Below, piece after piece: positions 18,906-25,584 of a stretch of 64,000 nt of DNA. The notes under the pieces are model-generated. The model did no database searches, was not told the DNA's origin, and was given only the letters and a program-made list of their open reading frames with translations. A program made the translations under genes and the position numbers. Numbering within the stretch: the stretch's first letter is position 1; every line of letters starts with the position of its first letter. The stretch covers positions 15,996 through 79,995 of the forward strand of contig WYBT01000044.1 of NCBI GenBank assembly GCA_011525785.1, in the 5' to 3' direction. This DNA is from Planctomycetaceae bacterium. Its GTDB lineage: Bacteria > Planctomycetota > UBA1135 > GCA-002686595.

Positions 18906-20102
18906 TCAACGCTCGCCGACGCCCAGCGCTTTGCGGCGGTCGGCCGCGCGCCGCATCCGGTCTTCATCGCCGCGCGAGCGCCAGTAGCCCTCGATCGCGG
19001 CCCACGCCGCCGGCTCCTTCTCGAAGCGCTTCTCGAACTCCGCCACGACCGCTTCCGCAGCCGCGTGATCGCCCAGCGCCGTGTGCGCTTCCAGCGCGAG
19101 CAGCCCGACGTCGAAGCTGGCCGGCAGCAGCCGCTCGAGGCGCGCCAGGTTCTCGCGCGCGCTCTCGCCATCGCCGGCCGCGGTGTGGAGCCGCACCAGC
19201 CGCACGCGCGGATCGACGGCGCGTGGATCAGAGAGCAGCAGCGCTTCCTGCGCGCGCACCTGCTGGTCGATGCGACTGAGTTCGACGAAGCGCGCGCGCG
19301 CCGCGGCGGCGTCTTCGGGACGCTCGAGCGCGGCGAACAACTCGCCCAGCACGAACCACGCGCGCGGCTCGAAGGGCGCGAGATCGCGGCCGCGCAGGGC
19401 CGACTCGAGGGCCTCGGTCGGCCGCTCGAGATCGATCAGCGCCTGGGCGCGCCAGACCAGAGCGTCGGAGTGCTGCGGCCGCAGCTCGAGCGTCTTGTCG
19501 AGGGCCGCGAGGGCGCCGCTGGCGTCCCCCAGGCGCAGGCGCGAGAGCCCCAGGCCGCGCCAGGCCTCGACCGAGGTCGGTGCGGCGGCGACCACGCGCC
19601 CGTAGTGCGCCAGCGCGCGCTCGTACTCGCCCAGCGTGTAGTAGGCGTGCCCCAGCACCTGCGTCGCGCCGACCTCGGACGGCGCCGCTTCGAGGAAGCG
19701 CTCGGCCAGCACGGCGCAGTCGCCGTAGCGCCGCAGTCGGAAGTACGCCGCGGCGCCTTGATACAGCGCGCCGGGGTGATCGGGGGCCGTGCGCAGGACC
19801 GACTGCAGCTCCGCCAGGGCGGCGGCGTAGTCGCCTTCCTGGTAGGCGCGCACGCCCGAGGCGAAGCTCGCGCGCACCGCATCCGGCGGCGGAGATTGCG
19901 GCGTCCACTGCGCCCAGGCGCCGGACTGGGCGCGCGGCAGCGAACGCGGATCGGCGCGCAGCGCGTCCGCTCGCGCTTCGGCGCTGACTTCGCGCGCCGC
20001 GGGCGACTGCGGCGCGGCCCCTTGCGCGCGCGAGGGAACCAGCGGCGCGTCGAACGCGAGCAGCGCGCTGCCCAGCAGGGCGATCAGGCTCGGCGCTTTC
20101 AT
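18906..20102 (-). CDS. Secreted TPR-repeat protein
   Basis: Signal peptide MKAPSLIALLGSALLAF followed by multiple TPR units. ATG at 20100-20102 overlaps the upstream stop by 4 nt (ATGA). Confidence 0.7.
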   Translation of the reverse strand: MKAPSLIALLGSALLAFDAPLVPSRAQGAAPQSPAAREVSAEARADALRADPRSLPRAQSGAWAQWTPQSPPPDAVRASFASGVRAYQEGDYAAALAELQSVLRTAPDHPGALYQGAAAYFRLRRYGDCAVLAERFLEAAPSEVGATQVLGHAYYTLGEYERALAHYGRVVAAAPTSVEAWRGLGLSRLRLGDASGALAALDKTLELRPQHSDALVWRAQALIDLERPTEALESALRGRDLAPFEPRAWFVLGELFAALERPEDAAAARARFVELSRIDQQVRAQEALLLSDPRAVDPRVRLVRLHTAAGDGESARENLARLERLLPASFDVGLLALEAHTALGDHAAAEAVVAEFEKRFEKEPAAWAAIEGYWRSRGDEDRMRRAADRRKALGVGER

Positions 20103-21754
20103 CGGGAGGTGGGGCGCTCGAGGGTCAGGACCCGATCGACGGCGACGTCTTCGAGTTCGAGCGTCTCGCCGCTCGGCCACTGCGCGCGCACGCGACGCGC
20201 GACGCGCGCCTTGCCCAGGCCGAAGTGCGCCTGCGGCTCGACTGCCGACTGGTAGCCGCCGCTGGTGCGGATCTCGCGCACGCGCGCGCCGCCCTCCCAC
20301 TCGACCCACACGCGCCCGCCGAGCGCGAAGCGATTGCCGTCGGAACTGCGCAGCCGCACGGTGAGCCAGTGCGGCCCGTCCTTGTCGCTGCGGCGCAGTT
20401 GGTTGCGGAACACGCGCACGCGGCCGTCGAGCTCGATGGCGACGATGTCCACGTCGCCGTCGCCGTCGATGTCGCCGACCGTCGAAGCGCGCAGCACCAG
20501 CGGCGGCCCATCGATCAGCGGCTCGACGGCGAAGCGGCCCTTGCTGTCGCCGCGATAGAGCTGCGCGGCCTGCGCGTAGCTCGTGTCGGTGCCGAACAGG
20601 TCCGCCTGCGGGTACACGTGGCCATTGAGCACGAACGTGTCGAGGTTCCCGTCGAGATCGAAGTCCTCCAGCGCCGTGCCCCAGCCCAGGCGCGTGATGC
20701 TCGGCCCAGCCAGTCCAGCGGGTCCCGAGCGCTCGCTGAAGCTCACCGCGCCCTTGGAGAGGTAGAGCGCGTTCGACTCGCCCGAGAAGTTGGTCACGAA
20801 CAAGTCTTCGCGCCCGTCGCCGTTGACGTCGCCCACGGCCACGCCCATCCCGGCCTGTTCCTTGCCGTTCATGTCGTACGCGACCCCGCGCGCGAGCCCG
20901 ACCTCCTTGAACGTGCCGTCGCCCTGGTTCTCCCACAGGAAGTTGGGCGTCGAGTCGTTGGCCACGTAGAGGTCGGTGTCGCCGTCGCCGTCGTAGTCGA
21001 GCGTCGTCACACCCAGCCCGAAGCCCGCCTCTTCAGGCCGCACCTTGGCGCCCACGCTCACGTCGGCGAAGCCCAACCGCTCGGTGAGCATCAAGCCGTT
21101 GTTGCGCAGCAACTGATCGTGCACCGGCGTGAGCCCCTCGGGCCCGCACATCACGGGATGGCCCTTCCAGGTGCAACCGCCGCCCGGCGGCGAGATCGTC
21201 TTGGGATCGAAGGCGAGGTAGTTGACCACGTACACATCGAGTCGACCGTCGCGGTCGTAGTCGAGGAAGGCCGCGCTCGTGCCCCAGCGCCCGCCGTGCG
21301 GGATCCAGCGCACGCTCGCGTTCATGAAGCCCGTTCCGTCACGGTTGGTGAAGAGCTGATCGGCGCCCCAGTGCGTGATGTACACGTCGAGCCAGCCGTC
21401 GCCGTCCACGTCCCCCACCGCGCAGCCCATGCCCCAGCGGCCCGCGCCCATGGCCCAGCCCTCCGGCGCCGGCGCGAAATGGCCCGCGCCGTCGTTGAGG
21501 AACACCCGCGGCGGGAAGCCCGGCTCGCCGCGCGCCTCGCGCTCGAGCGTGGAGCCGTCGACCACCAACAGGTCGAGGGAGCCGTCGCCGTTGAAGTCGC
21601 ACAGCGCCAGTCCGCCGCCGTTGACCTCGATGATGTAGTTCTTCGCGGGCGTGCCGCAGGTCGTACGCACGTCGCCGAGGGCCTCGCGGTCGTCCACGAA
21701 GAGCGCGGGCGCTTCCTGCGCGGCGCACGCCAGCCAACTGAGCACTAGGAGCAT
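20099..21754 (-). CDS. FG-GAP/VCBS-repeat lipoprotein with ASPIC/UnbV-like C-terminus (CRTAC1 family)
   Basis: Signal and lipobox MLLVLSWLAC. Repeated DxDGDG/DxNGDG calcium-binding FG-GAP motifs (CDFNGDGSLDLLV, GDVDGDGWLDVYI, LDYDGDGDTDLYV, GDVNGDGREDLFV, GDIDGDGDVDIV). ASPIC/UnbV-like tail. ATG at 21752-21754. Confidence 0.75.
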   Translation of the reverse strand: MLLVLSWLACAAQEAPALFVDDREALGDVRTTCGTPAKNYIIEVNGGGLALCDFNGDGSLDLLVVDGSTLEREARGEPGFPPRVFLNDGAGHFAPAPEGWAMGAGRWGMGCAVGDVDGDGWLDVYITHWGADQLFTNRDGTGFMNASVRWIPHGGRWGTSAAFLDYDRDGRLDVYVVNYLAFDPKTISPPGGGCTWKGHPVMCGPEGLTPVHDQLLRNNGLMLTERLGFADVSVGAKVRPEEAGFGLGVTTLDYDGDGDTDLYVANDSTPNFLWENQGDGTFKEVGLARGVAYDMNGKEQAGMGVAVGDVNGDGREDLFVTNFSGESNALYLSKGAVSFSERSGPAGLAGPSITRLGWGTALEDFDLDGNLDTFVLNGHVYPQADLFGTDTSYAQAAQLYRGDSKGRFAVEPLIDGPPLVLRASTVGDIDGDGDVDIVAIELDGRVRVFRNQLRRSDKDGPHWLTVRLRSSDGNRFALGGRVWVEWEGGARVREIRTSGGYQSAVEPQAHFGLGKARVARRVRAQWPSGETLELEDVAVDRVLTLERPTSR

Positions 21755-21808
21755 CGTGCGAACTACTCTACGCGCCTCGCGCGGCGCAGTGCGCCCACGG
21801 GCCGCACG

Positions 21809-22537
21809 TTGAACACATCCACAGCATCCCAGGGCGCCTCTCGGCGCGAGCGACTCGCCCACGCGCGCGTGTGCCTGATCCTCACGCCGCAGGCCGCGCC
21901 GCAGCGCGACGTGCTCGCGGCGCTCGACGCGCTGGCCGAGCACGTCGAGCTGGTCCAGGTGCGGCCCAAGGCGCCCGACGCGCGGCCCGACGCGTTGCGC
22001 AGCGGCCCCGCGTGGCGGCGCACGAGCGCGCGCGAGTGCTTCGAGCTGGCGCTCGCGGCGCTCGATGTGCTCGCACGCCTCGGCGAGCGCGCGCCACTGC
22101 TGCTGGTCAACGACCGCGTCGACGTGGCGCGCGCACTGCAGGAGCGCGGCGTCGCGGGCGTGCACCTCGGCCAGGACGACACGCCGCCGCGCATCGCGCG
22201 CGAGCTGCTCGGCCCCGACGCGTTGATCGGCTTCTCGACGCACTCGCTGGCGCAGGTCGCCGCCGCGCAGGACGAGCCGGTCGACTACCTGGGCTTCGGG
22301 CCGGTGTGGGCGAGCTCGACCAAGGGCTACGAGCGCGGACTGGGCCCGCAGCGCGCCTGGATCGCGCAACAGGGCAGCGCTCAGCCGGTGTTCGCGATCG
22401 GCGGCGTGAGCATCGAGCGCGCCGACGAACTGGCGAACGAATTCGCTCCCGCGCGCGTCGCGGTGAGCTCTGCGTTGCTCGACAGCGACGATCCGCGCGC
22501 GGCCGCGCTGCGCCTGCGCGCCGCGCTCGGCGCCTGA
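21809..22537 (+). CDS. thiE: Thiamine-phosphate synthase
   Basis: ThiE-like fold with VCLILTPQ (equivalent to RLYLITD), VQVRPK, and GVHLGQDD...DYLGFGPVWAS...IGGV. TTG start at 21809, uncertain. A GTG at V21 is the alternative. Confidence 0.75.
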   Translation: MNTSTASQGASRRERLAHARVCLILTPQAAPQRDVLAALDALAEHVELVQVRPKAPDARPDALRSGPAWRRTSARECFELALAALDVLARLGERAPLLLVNDRVDVARALQERGVAGVHLGQDDTPPRIARELLGPDALIGFSTHSLAQVAAAQDEPVDYLGFGPVWASSTKGYERGLGPQRAWIAQQGSAQPVFAIGGVSIERADELANEFAPARVAVSSALLDSDDPRAAALRLRAALGA

Positions 22538-22610
22538 AGACTCAGCCCGGGCTTCACGCCGCTGCGCCCCGCGGCATTCGGCCGCGCTGAAAGCTTGGTT
22601 GGGTCGTCGC

Positions 22611-23687
22611 TCAGCGCTCGCCCGGCCGGTCGGTGAGCAGCATCGCGTCGCCGTAGCTGTAGAAGCGGTAGCCCAGCGCGACGGCTTCGCCGTACAGCCG
22701 CAGGATGCGTTCGCGGCCCGCGAAGGCCGCCACCAGCATCAAGAGCGTGCTGCGCGGCAAGTGGAAGTTGGTGAGCAGCGCATCGACCACGCGGAAGGGC
22801 GAGCCGGGCGTGAGGAACAGTTGCGTGCGTCCCGACTGGGCGCGCAGGCGGCCGGAATCGTCCGCGCAGCTCTCGAGCACGCGCACGCAGGTCGTTCCAA
22901 CGGCCAGCACGCGCCCGCCGCGCGCGCGGCACAGCTCGATGGCCTCGACCGTGGCCGCCGAGAGCTCGAAGCGCTCGGAGTGCATCACGTGCTGGCGCGT
23001 GTCCTCGACCGAGACGGGCTTGAAGGTGCCCTCGCCGACGTGGAGCGTCACGCGCGCGAACTGCACGCCCAGCGCCGCGAGTTCGTCGACCAGACGCTGC
23101 GTGAAGTGCAGGCCCGCCGTCGGCGCCGCGACCGCGCCGGGCTCTGAGGCGAAGATCGTCTGGTAGCGCTCGCGGTCGAGCTCGATCTGCTCGCGGTCCG
23201 CGCGCGTGCGGCGGATGTAGGGCGGCAGCGGCGGAGCGCCGTGCAGCTCGATCAGCTCTTCGAGTCCCTCGCGCGAACCGTCGGGCGCGTACAGGTCGAC
23301 GCGCCAGGCGGCGCCGTCGGGGTCGCGCTCGATCGCGCGCGCCAGCAGCGCGCCGCCGGCGATCGACAGCTCTTCGCCGCTCTTGAGGCGCGCCGCCGGC
23401 CGGGCGAGCGCGCGCCACAGCGCGGGCTGCAAGCGCTCGAGCAGCAGCAGTTCGACCTCGCCGCCGCTGGCGCGCAGCGCGTACAGCCGCGCATGCCGCA
23501 CGCGCGTGTCGTTCACCACCACCAGGTCGCCGCCGGTGATCAAGCTCGCGAGCTGGCTCACGCGCGTGTGCTCGCTGCGGTCGGGGCCGATGGCGTGGGC
23601 GAACAGGCGCGCGCTGTCGCGCGGCTCCGCCGGCGACTGGGCGATGCGCTCGGGCGGAAGGTGGTAGTCGAAGTCGCTGACGTTCAT
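22611..23687 (-). CDS. queA: S-adenosylmethionine:tRNA ribosyltransferase-isomerase
   Basis: MNVSDFDYHLPPERIAQ...PLPPYI...TAGLHFT...AVGTTCVRVLES are hallmark QueA motifs. Start from the in-frame ATG (M83 of the track ORF). Confidence 0.85.
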   Translation of the reverse strand: MNVSDFDYHLPPERIAQSPAEPRDSARLFAHAIGPDRSEHTRVSQLASLITGGDLVVVNDTRVRHARLYALRASGGEVELLLLERLQPALWRALARPAARLKSGEELSIAGGALLARAIERDPDGAAWRVDLYAPDGSREGLEELIELHGAPPLPPYIRRTRADREQIELDRERYQTIFASEPGAVAAPTAGLHFTQRLVDELAALGVQFARVTLHVGEGTFKPVSVEDTRQHVMHSERFELSAATVEAIELCRARGGRVLAVGTTCVRVLESCADDSGRLRAQSGRTQLFLTPGSPFRVVDALLTNFHLPRSTLLMLVAAFAGRERILRLYGEAVALGYRFYSYGDAMLLTDRPGER

Positions 23688-25213
23688 CGGGTGCGAGCCA
23701 GGCCCGCGCGAACCAAGAGACCGAGCGGCGCGGCGAACATCAATGGCCAGAGCCAGACCGGCGCCGTCCATTCGCCCGCCGCGCGCCAGCGTTCGAGCAT
23801 CACGTACTGCGCCGGCGCCAGCGCGGTGAGCACGGCCATGGCCAGCGCGAGGCTGGCGTCGCGCTCTGAGCGACTGCCTGCTTGAACCTCCGCGCTTCGC
23901 GCTGGTCGCAGGAGGTAGCAGCGACCCCACCAAGACCTCGGCGCGGCCGAATCACGCGGAGCGCGGCGGCGCTTTGGCCGATGCGCCCACTGGATGCGGC
24001 GTGAAGGCCGCGCTGAGGGCGCGCTCGCGAGCGCGAGCGGAAGCCAGACCGCCACCCAGGCCGCGTACCACGGGTGGAAGGTCGGCGAGAGCACGATCAC
24101 GGCCGCGCTGGCGCTCAGCGCTCCGCGCTCCGGCGCCGGGCGACGCGCGGCGATCCAGACCAGCAGCGCCGCCGCGAGGACGACGCACAACCGACGCGCG
24201 ATGTGCTGCGGCTCGAGTCCCCACGCGCCCTCGCCCCAGACGGCGCCGATCAGCGCGCGCAGCGGCGTGTAGATTGCGCTGGTCGACTCCCACCAGCCGG
24301 CGTAGGTCGCAAGCGCGCTGCGGCCCGGCGCGGCGCGGATCGACCAGGCCAGCGGCGCGAGCAACAGCGCCGTCGCGAGCGCGAACACGAGCAGCGGCCG
24401 CCGTCCCGAGCGCGCGCGCGGGAGCCACGCGACGAAGCAGATCGGCAGGAGCTTCACGGCGACCGCGCCGGCGAGCAGCAGCGCCGCGCAGCGCGGTGCG
24501 TGCGCGAGCATGGGCGAGAGTGCGGCGAGCGCCAGAGCGATGCCGAGCGCGTCGAAGTGCGCGGCGCCCGCGAACTCGAGCGCCACCAGCGGGCACCAGG
24601 CCCAGGCGAGCCAGGCGCCGCGCGCGAAGCCGCGCCGCGCGAGCCAGCGCTCGAGCAGCACGGCCACAGCGAAGTCGCCGAGCAACGCGAGCATCCGCAA
24701 CGCGATCAGCCGCGCGAGTTCGAGCCCGACCAGTCCCGTCAGCGCCGCAGCTCGCGCCGCCAGGGCCGCGATCACGAAGCTCGCCTGCGCCAGCGGCGGG
24801 TAGATGGCCGGGATCGAGCGGTGCTCGACGGCCGAGTGGAGCGTCGCCAACTCGCGCGCCAGCGGCTCGAGCGCGGCGGAGTCCGGCGCCAGCACGTACG
24901 GGTTGAAGCCCGCCAGCCAGACCTCCGCCTCCCAGGCGTAGCGCTGGACGTCGGGACTGGTCGGCGGCGCTGCGGCCCAGGCGAGCGCGCGCAGGGCCGC
25001 GAAGCCGCCCCAGGCCAGCGCGCGCGGCACGTCGGCGCGGCGCAGCGCGGCGCACAGCGCCAGCCAGACCAGTCCGCTCAGCACCAGCGCGCCGACCGCC
25101 CAGCGCTGCGGCAGCCCGAAGGCGCCGGCCGCGAAACTCGCGACCAGAACGGCCAGGGCCAGCGTCGAACGGGTGGCGGCGCGATCGGCGGGCAGTCTCA
25201 CGGCTGCCAGCAT
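23684..25213 (-). CDS. Polytopic membrane protein, GT-C-like (DUF2029 / glycosyltransferase family 87-like)
   Basis: 509 aa with at least 10 hydrophobic helices and an HPWY element near the C-terminus. Its stop overlaps the queA start (ATGA). Confidence 0.5.
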   Translation of the reverse strand: MLAAVRLPADRAATRSTLALAVLVASFAAGAFGLPQRWAVGALVLSGLVWLALCAALRRADVPRALAWGGFAALRALAWAAAPPTSPDVQRYAWEAEVWLAGFNPYVLAPDSAALEPLARELATLHSAVEHRSIPAIYPPLAQASFVIAALAARAAALTGLVGLELARLIALRMLALLGDFAVAVLLERWLARRGFARGAWLAWAWCPLVALEFAGAAHFDALGIALALAALSPMLAHAPRCAALLLAGAVAVKLLPICFVAWLPRARSGRRPLLVFALATALLLAPLAWSIRAAPGRSALATYAGWWESTSAIYTPLRALIGAVWGEGAWGLEPQHIARRLCVVLAAALLVWIAARRPAPERGALSASAAVIVLSPTFHPWYAAWVAVWLPLALASAPSARPSRRIQWAHRPKRRRAPRDSAAPRSWWGRCYLLRPARSAEVQAGSRSERDASLALAMAVLTALAPAQYVMLERWRAAGEWTAPVWLWPLMFAAPLGLLVRAGLARTR

Positions 25214-25491
25214 GCGGCCCTCCGGCGGCCGCCCAAAGTCGGTCGCGGCGGCCGCGGCGCCGCCACGTTCGTCGGGCGCCTCCCGAGACGCTTCCCCCCC
25301 CCGCCGGCGCGGTCCTGGGCCCGGCCACGGGGGCCGCGTTCCAACCCGGGAACAGAAAACGAAAAGACACTTCAGATGCGCCGGAGAAAACCCGTAGAAC
25401 GGTTAGCAGAGCCAACGCGCTCTGCACTCCATGGCATGCCCGGGGGGGCCGTGCCTGGAGGCCGCCGCTTCCCATCCAGGGAGGTGACGAC

Positions 25492-25531
25492 AGAGAGCCC
25501 GCCGGCCCCAACTGGCGGGCTCTCTGCTTTT
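25492..25531 (+). terminator. Strong orphan intrinsic terminator (possible 3' end of an sRNA)
   Basis: Perfect 12-bp stem AGAGAGCCCGCC / GGCGGGCTCTCT with a 10-nt loop, followed by GCTTTT on the plus strand. No plus-strand CDS ends upstream of it. An A/T-richer stretch lies at 25340-25420. Confidence 0.55.
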
Positions 25532-25584
25532 CACGCGAGCGCAGCGTTCGGCCGGCCGCCGTGGACGCGGGCCTCGAGCGCGGC

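Noticed and set aside
25340-25531. Assignment of the intergenic candidate sRNA to SRP RNA (4.5S), 6S RNA or RNase P RNA
   Set aside because: The conserved SRP domain IV sequence (CAGG..CCGGAAGGAAGCAGC) and the RNase P P4 elements are absent. 6S cannot be judged without folding. It is left as an unclassified candidate.
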